Positions 31,851-45,268 of a DNA stretch of 60,338 nt are shown piece after piece (positions within the stretch are counted from its first letter, which is position 1; each line of letters begins with the position of its first letter). Made by a program: the position numbers and the translations under genes. The DNA is from Octopus sinensis. Lineage: Eukaryota. The stretch spans positions 1 to 60,338 of the forward strand of contig NW_021832252.1 of assembly GCF_006345805.1 (NCBI RefSeq), read 5' to 3'. The notes beneath the pieces were generated by a model. The model had not been told where the DNA came from, ran no database searches, and saw only the letters and a list, made by a program, of their open reading frames with translations.

Positions 31851-32710
31851 TCCATGCTTCCTGAGATTCGCCAACACTACACCCGATTTTCTCCCCTCCA
31901 TACACACGCAAGCATGTATCTGACTCATACAATGTTCACTTTCCAGACATTTGTACATTACTGCATATACTTTATACGCAATTTTGACAAGTTGTTGTGC
32001 ACCTGAGCACTGTATACAGTAATTTCATTATTATTATTTTAAAAGTCGTGAACACAACCTAATTTCATTAATAGACCTGTTCAGCCAGGGATGATTCCGG
32101 GCTAAACAACAGTGACTTATCACATTTCTGAAGATAGTAGGAAGTTATTGTCCAATATTTTGTAGTTTAACATTTTACATAATATCTGAAGGCAAAGGAA
32201 CAAAAGTCTGTGTATAGAGACTAATTATTCGGGTTAAGGTTTATATAAACAGTTTATTATTATGAAAATGTAGTAATATTTTTTATAGTTGAATCTCTGC
32301 TTTTCAAGTCTTTCCTATATCTTCAACTGTTTCTGTGTCATTTCAGAATATGAGATGTTAGTGGTATAAAGGAGTTTTTACATCAGATACATCATGAACA
32401 TTGATCATCATTTGAAGACTAATGGAAGATATTATAAATAATATATATAACCCTGTTTCTATTACAAATCTATGGTGAATAACTGTGAAATATTTCTTTG
32501 GAATTAATACGAACGTTTGTTTTCTTCATTGCCAATATTTTACATTCTGTTTGAATTTGGAAAAATCTGTGAAGGTCTTTGTATTATCTTCAGATATTCG
32601 AGAAGATCAGATTTGCTGTAAATATAGCAGTAGAAGTATTTGAATCAACAAAGACATTTATAAAGAAGAAAAGAAAAATATATTTTGGGGTCGTATACTG
32701 TAGAAGAATA

Positions 32711-33589
32711 ATGAATCCACCGGAGATGACAAGAAAAAAATTATCAGACCAATGTGATATCTGTAAAAAGACTTTTTCTAATATAGCAAATCTCACTGTT
32801 CACAAGTGTATCGATCCAAGTGGAAAGCAATTTCACTGTGATATCTGTGGTAAATCATTCTCTAAGAAAGATAATCTTACTCATCACAAATACATTCATA
32901 CAGGAGAGAAACCATATCAATGTGGTATTTGTGGTAAATCATTCTCTAATAGGAGTATCCTTACTTGTCACAAATACATTCATACAGGAGAGAAACCGTA
33001 TCACTGCAAAATTTGTGGTAAATCATTCTCTCAAAAAGGTAGCCTAACTTGTCACAAATACATTCATACAGGAGAGAAACCATATCAATGTGATATTTGT
33101 GGTAAATCATTCTCTCAAAGAAGTAACCTTACTTCTCACAAATACAGTCACACAGGAGAGAAACCACATCACTGTGATGCTTGTGGTAAATCATTCTCCC
33201 AAAAAAGTCACCTTAATTCTCACAAATACATTCACACAGGAGAGAAACTATATCAGTGTGATATCTGTGATAAATCCTTTTCATTAAAAGGTAATTTAAT
33301 TACTCACAAACTTACACATACAGGTGAGAAGCCATATCACTGCAATATTTGTGGTAAATCATTCTCTCATAAGAATAGCCTTACTTATCACAAATCAATT
33401 CATACAGGAGAGAAACCATATCACTGCAATATCTGTGGTAAATCCTTTGTAGTGAGAAGTAATTTAACTGCTCATGAACTTACTCACACTAATGAAAGGC
33501 CATATCAGTGTGATATCTGTGATAAATCATTCTCTCATAAAAGTAACCTTACTAGACACAAATACATTCATACAGGAGAGAAATCATAG
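32711..33589 (+). CDS. C2H2 ZNF, intact ORF, 10 fingers (first lacks its final His)
   Basis: [11 protein letters not shown] leader, uninterrupted fingers, TAG at 33587. Upstream acceptor, donor and promoter motif are all present. Confidence 0.88.
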   Translation: MNPPEMTRKKLSDQCDICKKTFSNIANLTVHKCIDPSGKQFHCDICGKSFSKKDNLTHHKYIHTGEKPYQCGICGKSFSNRSILTCHKYIHTGEKPYHCKICGKSFSQKGSLTCHKYIHTGEKPYQCDICGKSFSQRSNLTSHKYSHTGEKPHHCDACGKSFSQKSHLNSHKYIHTGEKLYQCDICDKSFSLKGNLITHKLTHTGEKPYHCNICGKSFSHKNSLTYHKSIHTGEKPYHCNICGKSFVVRSNLTAHELTHTNERPYQCDICDKSFSHKSNLTRHKYIHTGEKS

Positions 33590-33741
33590 CACTGTGATAT
33601 CTGTGGTAAATCATTCTCTCATAAAAGTAACTTTAATAGACACAAATACATTCATACAGGAGAGAAATCATAGCACTGTGATATCTGCAGTAAATCATTC
33701 TGTGTAAGAAAATATTTGATTAATCATAAGTCCACTCATAA

Positions 33742-33894
<153 letters not shown>

Positions 33895-33987
33895 TAGCAC
33901 TGTAATATCTGCAGTAAATCATTCTGCGTAAGAAAATATTTTTATCACAAATCCAGTTAGATTGGGCAGATATTATATCGCTGTGAT

Positions 33988-34296
33988 CATCATCATCGTT
34001 TAGCATCCGCTTTCCATGCTAGCATGGGTTGGACGGTTCAACTGGGGTGTGGGAAGCCAGAAGGCTGCACCAGGCTCCAGTCTGATCTGGCAGTGTTTCT
34101 ACAGCTGGATGCCCTTCCTAACGCCAACCACTCCGTGAGTGTAGTGGGTGCTTTTTACGTGCCACCGGCAAAGATGCCAGACGGGGCTGGCAAACGGCCA
34201 CATTCGGATGGTTCACTTATGTGCCACCGGCACTGGTATCACAACTTCAAATTCCATTGATGTTGATCGATTATGATTTTGATTTTTGGTTTTGAT
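33988..34296 (-). mobile_element. RTE 3' tail in decayed finger (paralogue of 13065-13379)
   Basis: Same junctions as the 13-kb copy. Confidence 0.85.
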
Positions 34297-35128
34297 ATCT
34301 GTAGTAAATCATTCTCTTAGGATTATGTTGTTTAACTAATTTTAAATGCATTCATACAGGAGAGAAGACATCTTGCTGTGTTATCTGTGCAAAATCATCC
34401 TCTTAATGTAATTTAACTAAACCTGTATTTATTGATATTGATCAATAACAATACCAGTGATAAAATGGGGAATAAAATACAGCAATTGTATTACTTTCTT
34501 TGAGACAAATAAATTTTTTACATTTTCCTCATTTGCATCAACTCACTAATTATGATGTGTGTGGTTTTCATTCAAACAATTTTAATTACATTAATTTGCT
34601 GTTTTCTTGTGGATATATTATTTCGACACCATTGTATTACATTCCAGTTCCCAACGATGATCAGTTCTTCTCTGCTGGACATGCTTAGGCTATCCCACGA
34701 TCTGCAGCCTATAATCTAATGAACAATATGTGTCCATAGCTTGTACTGGGTACACTACATGGAGTTTCTCCTGACTTCTTTTCTACATGCCTAAAAGGGC
34801 CATCTCTGTCTTTGGTCTTTGCTAAATTTACTGTATGGTTTTTCAATCCAGATCTTGCTTCCAAACCTGAAATTTGTTCTCTAATTGTGGTAGGGATTCA
34901 GCAATAAGAAGGTCATCAGCTTGGAAGAGATCCCAAGGGCAGCCAATCTTAAATTCCTCTGTTATTGCTTGCAGGACTATGATAAACAAGAGTGGGGTGA
35001 AAAACGATCCTTGGTGGACTCCTATTTTGACACTAAAATTCATGCTATACTCATTGGTGACATTTACCTTACTGGCAGCATCCCTATACATGGCTTTTAC
35101 ATGTCTCACCAACCACTCATCTCTCCCT

Positions 35129-35463
35129 AAACGACGATGCCGTGCTGATCTCATTCTCGCTCACAACATGATAAGCGGAAAGTGTAACCTCTCGAAAGTG
35201 TAACTCCTGCTCCAGAGCGTCGGCTGCAGGGGCACTCCGAAAAGCTCTATCTGTGACAATTTCATCTCAGTCAAAGGAGAGGGGCTTTCTCCCTCTGGGT
35301 TGCGGATCCATGGAAAAAGCTGCCAACGACCGCTCGGTTCAAAGACCCTCTTGACCAGAAACGCCCTGAACTCTTTGTATGACCACCCTCCCTGTACATA
35401 ACTCCATGTCCCCCTACATGGCCTTGCTTTTTGCTTTTTGAGCCAAAAAATTAACTTAACTTA
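35129..35463 (+). mobile_element. CR1/L2 family A 3' fragment
   Basis: Matches ~800-1163. Absent from the paralogue at ~14840-14870. Confidence 0.88.
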
Positions 35464-36194
35464 GGGGACTCTGTCAAAAGCTTTCTCCATGTCAACAAAA
35501 TCCAAATGCAAAGATATATCTTTGACCAAGTACTTCTGCTTTTGCCTCACCAGGAAGATAGCATTGCTGGTGCTTCTACTTGATACAATTCTACACCTTG
35601 ATCCATGGAACTTACATTGATATATGAGGAGACCTATTGAGTCAAGTACATTAACATCAAAAAATCAAATGGAAATTGTAGTTGTGATACCTGTGCCGGT
35701 GGCAAGTAAAAAGCACCATCCGAACATGGCTGATGCCAGCACCACCTTGACTGGCTTCCTTGCTGGCAAAAAGCACCAACCGATCATAGCCGTTGCCAGC
35801 CTTGCCTGGCACCTGTGCTGGTGGCAAGTAAAATGCACCCACTACACTCATGGAGTGGTTGGTATTAGGAAGGAATTTAAGATTGTCTGCCTTTGGGATC
35901 TCTTCCAAGCTGATGACCTTGTTCTTATTGCTGAATCCCTACCACAATTAGAGAACAAATTTCAGGTATGGAAGCAAGATCTAGATTGAAAAACCATACA
36001 GTAAATTTAGCAAAGACCATAGACAGATCCTGTCAGGGAGATGGCCCTGCTCGGCATGGAGAAAAAGGCATCCAGCTGTAGAAAGACTGCTAGATCAGAC
36101 TGGAGCCTGGTGCAGCCTCCTGTTCTCCCAGACCCCGGTCAAACCGTCCAACCCATGCCATCGAGGAAAGCAGACATTAAACGATGATGATTAT

Positions 36195-36405
36195 GCAGAA
36201 ACGTTAGCAGGGTGGGCGAAATGCTTAGTGGTATTTCGTCTGTCGTTACGTTCTGAGTTGAAATTCCGCCAAGGTCGACTTTGCCTGTCATCCTTTTGGG
36301 GGTCGATAAATAAAGTACCAGTTTCGCACTGGGGTTGATGTAATCGACTTAATCCCTTTGTCTGTCCCCTCTATGTTTAGCCCCTTGTGGGCAGCAAAGA
36401 AATAG
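36195..36405 (+). mobile_element. tRNA-type SINE family B (octopus OR-like)
   Basis: GCAGAAACGTTAGC...GAGTTGAAATTCC head, GTCGACTTTGCC..TCATCC..GGGGTCGATAAA core, GCCCCTTGTGGG tail. Confidence 0.85.
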
Positions 36406-37089
36406 ATGATGATAATGATATAATTAATGGAAGATACAAGAATATTTATTGATCACTGCAATTGTTTCAACACATCTTGCTTCGATCCTTTATGAGTGGA
36501 ATATTGAAGAGTTGCTTTATGGGTATCCAACAGTGTAGATGTGTCTTTTCAGGTGATTACAAGATATATTTCATTAAAATAACGTCTGTTCTGCAAAATT
36601 TCTTCTTGTTATGTGTTTGTTTTATAATTTGTTGATATTATTTGATTTACAAATCACAAGGTATTAAATATTAAGATGGCCATTTGCCAGCCTACTGTGG
36701 CACGTAAAAAGCACCATCCGATCATGGACGTTTGCCAGATACTCGTATAAAGGAGTTTTATGTGAGATACATCATGAATATTGATCATGTTTTGAAAACG
36801 AATGTCAGCCATTATAAATAATAGATAATAACTCTGTTTATATAATATATCTATGGTGAATAACGGTGAAATATTTCTTCTGAATTGATAGCAACATTTG
36901 TTTTCCTCATTGCCAGGAATATTTACAAAAGTATTTCACATTCAGTTTGAATGTGAGAAAATCTGGAAAGGTGTTTGTATCATTTTCAGATATTCAAGAT
37001 CAGTTTTGCCGTAGAAGATATATATAAAGAAGAAGGGGAAAATATATTTTCTGCCTGTATACTATAGAACAATAAGGAATAGTCTGGAG

Positions 37090-37707
37090 ATGTTAAAAGG
37101 AAGAGAAAAATTATCAGACCAATCTGATATCTGTAAAAAGACTTTTTCTAATAAGGGAAATCTCAATGTTCACAAATTCATTCATGCAGGGGGGAAACAA
37201 TATCATTGTGACATCTGTGGTAAATCATTCTCTCGAAAAAGTCACCTTACTCATCACAAATACACTCATACTGGAGAGAAACCATATCAGTGTGATATCT
37301 GTGGTAAATCATTCTCTCAAAGGACTGTCCTTTCTTATCACAAATTCGTTCATACTGGAGAGAAACCATATCACTGTGATATCTGTGGTAAATCATTCTC
37401 TACAAAATATAACCTTACTAAACACAAATCCATTCATACAGGAGAGAAACCAAATCAATGTCGTATTTGCGGTAAATCATTCTCTCATAGAAGTTCCCTT
37501 GATTCTCACAAACACATTCATGCAGGAGAGAAACCACATCAGTGTGATATTTGTGGTAAATCATTCTCTCAAAGAAGTTACCTTAATTCTCACAAATACA
37601 TTCATACAGGTGAGAAACCATATCGGTGCTATATCTGTGGTAAATCATTCTCTCAGAAGAGGTACTTAAATAGATACAAATGCATTAATACAGGGGACAA
37701 ACCTTAG
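37090..37707 (+). CDS. C2H2 ZNF, 7 fingers (first and last degenerate), inverted paralogue of the 19-23 kb gene; possibly a pseudogene
   Basis: Shares fingers 1-4 and the terminal finger. The family ATG is mutated to AGG near 37075. The acceptor and exon 1 are missing upstream of 36740. Confidence 0.65.
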   Translation: MLKGREKLSDQSDICKKTFSNKGNLNVHKFIHAGGKQYHCDICGKSFSRKSHLTHHKYTHTGEKPYQCDICGKSFSQRTVLSYHKFVHTGEKPYHCDICGKSFSTKYNLTKHKSIHTGEKPNQCRICGKSFSHRSSLDSHKHIHAGEKPHQCDICGKSFSQRSYLNSHKYIHTGEKPYRCYICGKSFSQKRYLNRYKCINTGDKP

Positions 37708-38656
37708 CACTGTAGTATCTGCAGTAAATTATTCCGTTTAAGAAAATATTTAATTAATTACAAGTCTGCTCATACTGGACAGAAACTATGTGACTGTGAT
37801 GTCTGCAGCAAATCATTCTCTCAGGAATATGCTGTATATACTTATAAACGTATTCATACAGGAGAGAAACTCTATTGCTGTGATACCTGAGGTAAATCAT
37901 TCTCTGTGGAACAATATTGAACTCATCACAAATACATTCATACAGGAGAGAAATCATATCACTGTGACATCTGGGACAAGTCATTTTTTCATAGAGAGAA
38001 ATAATAAACTAAACACAAACATATTCATACAGGAGAAGATTCTTATGACTGTGTAATCTGTGCTAAATCATTCTCTCAATAATCTACCTTAACTAAACAT
38101 ATACTTATTCATATTGATCAATAACAATATCAATGATAAAACAGATGTCCTGCTGAATAAAATACAGCAAATGTATTACTTTTTACAAAATAAATTCATT
38201 TTTCACATTTTCCTCATTTGCATCAACTCACTAATTACGATGTGTGTTTTTTATTCAAACAATATTGATTATATTAATTTGCTCTGTTTTCTTGAGGATA
38301 TATTATTTTAACACAAATGTATTACACTCCAGTTCCCAGCCATGATCAGTTATCCTCTGCTGGACACACTCAGGGATCCCAGGATCTGCACCCTTGTGCT
38401 ACTGCCCACATATTCTGGCACTAGCTGGAGGCTTATTGCTGTTTGTCACAGTTTTGGGTGTAGAGTGGGAAATATTTTTCAAGAGCCTAATGCCCCACTC
38501 TACCTATGGTTCAAGCACATCCCCGCTCAACCCATGCAAGTGATTATCATCATACTTATTTTTTGCTAAATCATTCTGTAGAGCAGGTTTTCATGGTCTT
38601 GTTCTTACCAGACACCAAGCAGGGATTTATGATGGGCATCTGGTTAGAATGGCACC

Positions 38657-39600
38657 TGTTGTGATTAAAGTAGACTGGTTCGAGTAAAGTATAAATTGTA
38701 ACGATCTGAGTGGGTTTGCGGTTCAGAGTCAAGTGAAGTCGGAAGGTGTCGCTTAGTTTACTTCCTAAGGAATATTGAATGTTGGTTCTTAAAAGATTTG
38801 TTAGTTCATTAGATTGTTGTTACAATTTTCTGGTTATCTTATTTATTGTACGGAACAATTATGTTACAACATCTGGCGATGAGGGTTTCGAAGCTCTTGC
38901 AGGTCAGTTAACAAATTTTTGTGATAAAAAATTGTTAAATCATGGAAGACTAATTAGCTTCTATAAAACTGTTGCAAAATCAACGACAAAGGCAGCAACA
39001 ACAACAATTATTGGGGCTTTATTCAAAGAAGTCCAAAAATAAGAGAAGTACATTTTTGCCAGACGCCGTTTTGGACTCGATGAAACCAGTTAGAACACAG
39101 AGGACAGTATAACTGTTGCATTGTACTACAGCAGGTAATTTTTAAGGAAGATTGTAAGACATGGTCAGACACAGAAAAAGTAAGGTTATTATGACATAAA
39201 TGAGCCCCATCTGAGTATGAACATTGTTTTAATTTCATATTACCCAAAAAAACTCCATGAAATTTGTTTTAAAGAAACAATAGAATTACTGTCTAACATA
39301 TTCGGTGATAAAACTTCTCTAACACTTGGATGGTGTTTTGGAATATAATGAAAAAAGAGGATGGTGGTTTTATCACATACACAGGAACAATTGACAGGAT
39401 GTGTGCATATTTTAAACTCAAGAAGTTACACCTGAGATGTTCAGGTGTCTTATTTTGGTAAAAGGCCTTACAACAACTGAATATACAGAAATTCACACTG
39501 CAGAACTAAATTCTGAAGACCAACCATTAAAGATCCTAGAGGGCTCTCAACAGAAACAAAATTCAACTCCCAAATAAGAAAATTTGTACACGTAAAAATG
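38657..39600 (+). mobile_element. Ty3/Gypsy remnant: LTR 38657-38871, PBS at 38874, decayed gag
   Basis: Inverted paralogue of 17455-18400. Confidence 0.75.
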
Positions 39601-39871
39601 ATTGGAATAATGCACTTGCGGGTGTGTATGTGCGTGCCCTGAGTCAATGCATGTCTAGGAGTCAGGAGTCGACATAAGGGTGGCACAAAATTAGAATGTT
39701 CCGCTTTATATTAGGGATAAACCAGAAGTCCCTGACTGCTATGTCATCTGTAAGTTTATAGGAAACTTCTAAAGTATTTATGAAGGTCGAGGGAGATTAC
39801 TCTCGTTAAATCCCATTTTCATTTTGCTTTCTTGTCTGACCGCCAGGGGTCACTCAGGTTTTAGTTATACA

Positions 39872-40058
39872 AGGCGGCGAGCTGGCAGAAGCGTCAGCAC
39901 GCTGGGTGAAATGCGTAGCCGTAATCTTCTGAGTTCAAATTCCGCTGAGGTCGACTTTGCCTTTCATCCTTTCGGGGTCTGTATAACGGACTTAACCCGT
40001 GCGTCTGTCCTTGTTTGTCCTCTCTGTGTTTAGCCCCTTGTGGGTAATAAAGAAATAA
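39872..40058 (+). mobile_element. SINE family B with TSD
   Basis: AGTTATACAAGG at 39863-39874 and 40058-40069. Confidence 0.9.
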
Positions 40059-40483
40059 GTTATACAAGGTTCCCTTGATTGTGTCGAGAATGATGAAAAT
40101 TTGTGTGGGCCTCTGAGCCGGTATTGCCCTGAGTTTGGCAAAATCTGATGCAGATTCTCTGCTAAACTTTCTATTATGCTCATTGTGACAATCACACGCT
40201 ACACACCTTCCTTCCAAGCATTGCTGCAAACAGCAGAAGAGAGCTAGAATCTTAACACTTAGTGTGAATGGACAGCAGAGTTTAGAGTCAATCTTTCCCA
40301 AGTGGCTTCACTCTGTGTATCTTAGCTTCGTTGCTATAGCAACAGTCTGCATATATGTACGTATATATGTATGCCATTGTTCAGTTTTATTTCAAAATTA
40401 CTTGCCAATAGAGAAAGAGCCAATTTCTAACCTAAATCCAAGGATCCTTCATTGGAATTTCACCATCAACAACAGAGTATGTA

Positions 40484-41270
40484 GGTCTTTTCGGTTTGAA
40501 CAGCAGTTTTTAACATAATTTCTAGGTGACTAAACACTTTTAAACTTCGTATACTGGTAGAATGTGTTTATAAAACATCTTCTTGTCTTGGCTTTATTGA
40601 GAAAATTCTACGGTTTGTAAGATATTTGTTGTTTTTTTTTCTTCAATTTCTGCAATTTCAACCAATCAATGACGTCTATTGAGGTGAAAACATTCTGTGC
40701 CGTATGAATATGTCCCTCGTTTAAGAAACAGATTGGGTTTATTTACATTTACGAAGAAAAAAAGATACCCTTCCCCCACCCGTAACACTAAAATAGATTG
40801 AAATGCAAAGATCGATACTAGGGTTATAATTATGGTTGACATGTTCATTTGACACCGCTAGAAAAAAATCCCATTTTCTGTAGCGGTGTCGTATGAATCT
40901 GTCACCCATAATTATAACCATAGTATCGATCTTTGCATTTCAATCTATTTTAGGGTTAGGTTTAGAGTTAGGGGTGGGGGAAGGGTATCTGCTTTTCTTC
41001 GCAAATGTAAATAAACCCAATCTGTTTCTTAAACAAGGGACATATTCATACAGCACGGTATGTTTTGACTCCAAATGGACGTATTTGATTGGTTAAAATT
41101 GCCGAAATGCTCGATTTTCAAGTGGAAATATGTTACAAACTATAGAATTTTCTCAATGAAGCCAAGAAAAAATGATGTCTTATAAACACATTCTACCAGA
41201 ATACGAAGTTTAAAAGTGTTTAGTTCACTAGAAATTGTGTTGACATATGCTGTTCAAAAGGAAAAGATCT
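40484..41270. mobile_element. MITE, GGATCTTTTCC family
   Basis: Inverted termini. The right flank gcgcaaacttgtacg equals that of 2239-2754, but the left flank differs. Confidence 0.8.
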
Positions 41271-41837
41271 GCGCAAACTTGTACGAAGTACAGACGTCTG
41301 CGTGTTAATATACATCTCAGGAAAAACAGCCTTCTCATATTCAATAAGCTTGGTGGCACCCTGGTAGTACATATCATTGTGGAAAACGTAAAACCACCTA
41401 TAATTGTTATATATATATTAATTACCAGAGTGACCCACGACTTGACTGGTTACAGACGCTGAGGACTATTTACGAAAAGTGGTCCCGCTGCGCACCATCG
41501 CGCTAGCTAGTTGTGACTAGTCAATCCTACAAGTGCACGTATGCAAATTAATAGATGCACGCATGCGCAAAACATGTACTGTAAATCCTTGAGTATAATC
41601 CACATTTTTTCCCCAAAATTTAAAGGTGAAAATCCCAGGTGCGGATTATACACGAGGTTAAAAATGAAAATATTTTCTAAGCAATGTCCGAGTCTCTCTT
41701 TGCTGTCCGGCAATGTTTATTCAGACACATTTTGTGATGTCCGGCATGAAAATTCCTTGAGCTAAGCCTGAAAGCAATGAAGTCATAAAAGAATCATCCA
41801 TAACTTGCAGTAAGCAACATTTATTAAACGTTATTAC

Positions 41838-42180
41838 TGTTATTTCTTTATTTTCTGCAAACAAAATGCACAAAAAAGCTACACGTTTGCATTATGTTAT
41901 ATATACAATAATAATAAAGGATGTTATACAGACCTCCTTCACTCAGGGTAGAGAAGGGGTGCGTATTATACACAAGGTTTAGGTTTTACTGTTATTTCTT
42001 TATTTTCTGCAAACAAAATGCACAAAAAAGCTACACGTTTGCATTATATTATATATACAATAATAATAAAGGATGTTATACAGACCTCCTTCACTCAGGG
42101 TAGAGAAGGGGTGCGTATTATACACAAGGTTTAGGTTTTACTGTTATTTCTTTATTTTCTGCAAACAAAATGCACAAAAA
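41838..42180. repeat. 152-bp tandem repeat, ~2.3 copies
   Basis: Identical ORF starts at 41921 and 42073. Confidence 0.9.
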
Positions 42181-42198
42181 AGCACAAAAAGAAATACC

Positions 42199-42882
42199 AG
42201 ATCTTTTCCTTTTGAACGGCAGTTTTCAACACAATTTCTAGTTAACCAAACACTTTTAAACTTCGTATACTGGTAGAATGTGTCAGAATAAAACAATTTT
42301 TTCTCTTGGCTTTCTTGAGAAAATTGTAATTTGTAAGTTTAATGTAGTTTAATTTTTCGAATTTTAACCAATCAATGGCCTCTATTGAGCTAAAATCATT
42401 TGCTGCGTCTAAAACTGAGACAACATCACCCTAACCCTAACCCTAAATTCTAGCCTTTCCTTTTTTTTTTCTCAATTGTTAAATTAATTTAAGGATAACA
42501 ATTAAGAAAAAAAAAACAAAAGGCTAAAACGAAAGCAAAAACTCAACAAAAACAAAGCGAATAATTTTAGACACACGCGAAACAATTAAATTAATTTAAC
42601 AATTAAGAAAAAAACCCAAAAGGTTAAAATTTAGGGTTAGGGTTAATGACAGGATGTTGTATCAGTTTTAGACGCAGCAAATGATTTTAGCTGAATAGGG
42701 GGCATAGGATTGGTTAAAATTCGAAAAATTAAACTACGTTAAACAAACAGATTACAATTTTCTCAAGAAAGCCAAAAGAAAAAAATGTTTTATTTTGACA
42801 CATTCTACCAGTATACGAAGTTTTAAAGTGTTTAGTTCACTAGAAATTGTGTTGAAAAGTGCCGTTCAAGAGGAAAAGATCC
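42199..42882. mobile_element. Foldback MITE, GGATCTTTTCC family
   Basis: Same flanks (gaaatacc / gacttag) as 3767-4437. Confidence 0.9.
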
Positions 42883-42915
42883 GACTTAGAATGATTTACT
42901 GCAGATATTACAGTT

Positions 42916-43835
<920 letters not shown>

Positions 43836-44639
43836 TTAATGAGGTTTCTCTCCTGTATGAATGTATTTGTGAGTAGTTAAATTACATTTTAATGAAAAAG
43901 ATTTACCACAAATATCACACTGATATGGTTCCTCACCTGTATGAATGAATTTGTGAGTAGTTAAATTACATTTTAATGGAAAAGATTTACCACAAATATC
44001 ACATTGATATGGTTTCTCTCCTGTATGAATGGATTTGTGAGTGGTTAAATTACATTTTACTGAAAAAGATTTACCACAGATATCACAGTGAAAAGGTTTC
44101 TCTCCTGTATGAATGGATTTGTGAGTAGTTAAATTACATTTTACTGAAAAAGATTTACCACAGATATCACAGGGATATGGTTTCTCTCCTGTATGAATGT
44201 ATTTGTGAGTGGTAAGGCTACTTTTTAGAGAGAATGATTTTCCACAAATATCACATTTATATGGTTTCTCTCCAGTATGAACAGATTTGTGATAAGAAAG
44301 GCCAGTCCTTTGAGAGAATGATTTACCACAAATATCACAGTGATAAGGTTTCACTCCTGTATGAATGGATATGTGAGAAGTAAGGCTGTGCTTCTGGGAG
44401 AATGATTTACCACAAACATCACAGTGATATGGTTTCTCTCCTGTATGAAGGGATTTGTGAGAGGTAAGGTTACTTTTCTGAGAGAATGATTTACCACAGA
44501 TATCACAGTGATATGGCTTCCTACCCGCATGAATGAATTTGTGAACAATGAGATTTCCCTTATTAGAAAAAGTCTTTCTACAGATATCACATTGGTGTGA
44601 TAACTTTTTTCTTTCTTTTGTCATCTCTTGAGGATTCAT
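43836..44639 (-). CDS. C2H2 ZNF, 9 fingers before a premature TAA
   Basis: MNPQEM leader at 44639. Acceptor 45016, donor 47453 and promoter motif 47535 are present. Confidence 0.8.
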   Translation of the reverse strand: MNPQEMTKERKKLSHQCDICRKTFSNKGNLIVHKFIHAGRKPYHCDICGKSFSQKSNLTSHKSLHTGEKPYHCDVCGKSFSQKHSLTSHISIHTGVKPYHCDICGKSFSQRTGLSYHKSVHTGEKPYKCDICGKSFSLKSSLTTHKYIHTGEKPYPCDICGKSFSVKCNLTTHKSIHTGEKPFHCDICGKSFSVKCNLTTHKSIHTGEKPYQCDICGKSFPLKCNLTTHKFIHTGEEPYQCDICGKSFSLKCNLTTHKYIHTGEKPH

Positions 44640-45268
44640 TATTGTTCTATAGTATACAAGCACAAAATATATTTTCCTGATCTTTTTATATATTCCTTTG
44701 TTGATTCAAATACTTCTCTAGTTATATTTTCCACAAGTCTGGTCTTTGTCAATAGCTAAAGGTAATAGAAACACCTTTGCAGATTTTTCCAAGTTCAGAC
44801 TGAATGGGAAATACTTCAGCAAATATTCCAGGCAATGATGGAAACAAATGTTGCTATTAATTCAGATGGAATTTTTCAGTTCTTCACCATAGATTTGTAA
44901 TAGAAACAGGGTTATATATATTATTTATAACATCTTCCATTAGTCTTCAAGTGATGATCAATATTCCTGATGTATCTGATGTAAAAACTCCTTTATACCA
45001 CTAACATCTCATATTCTGAAATGACACAGAAACAGTAGAAGATATAGGAAAGACTTAAAAAGCAAAGATTTAACAATAGAAAATATAATTACATTTTCAT
45101 AATCATAAACCGTGGATATAATCCTTTAAGTTGTCTTTGAAATATATACTGTTATTAAAATCATATGATACAACCTTGTGTAATATCTAGATATACACAG
45201 ACTTCAGCTCCTCTACCTTCAGATATTATGTAAAACATTAAATTACATATTATTGGACAATATTTCCA

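Noticed and set aside
40060-40480. ORFs 39894-40301 and 40264-40518
   Set aside because: They span SINE and repeat fragments and have no recognisable motifs.
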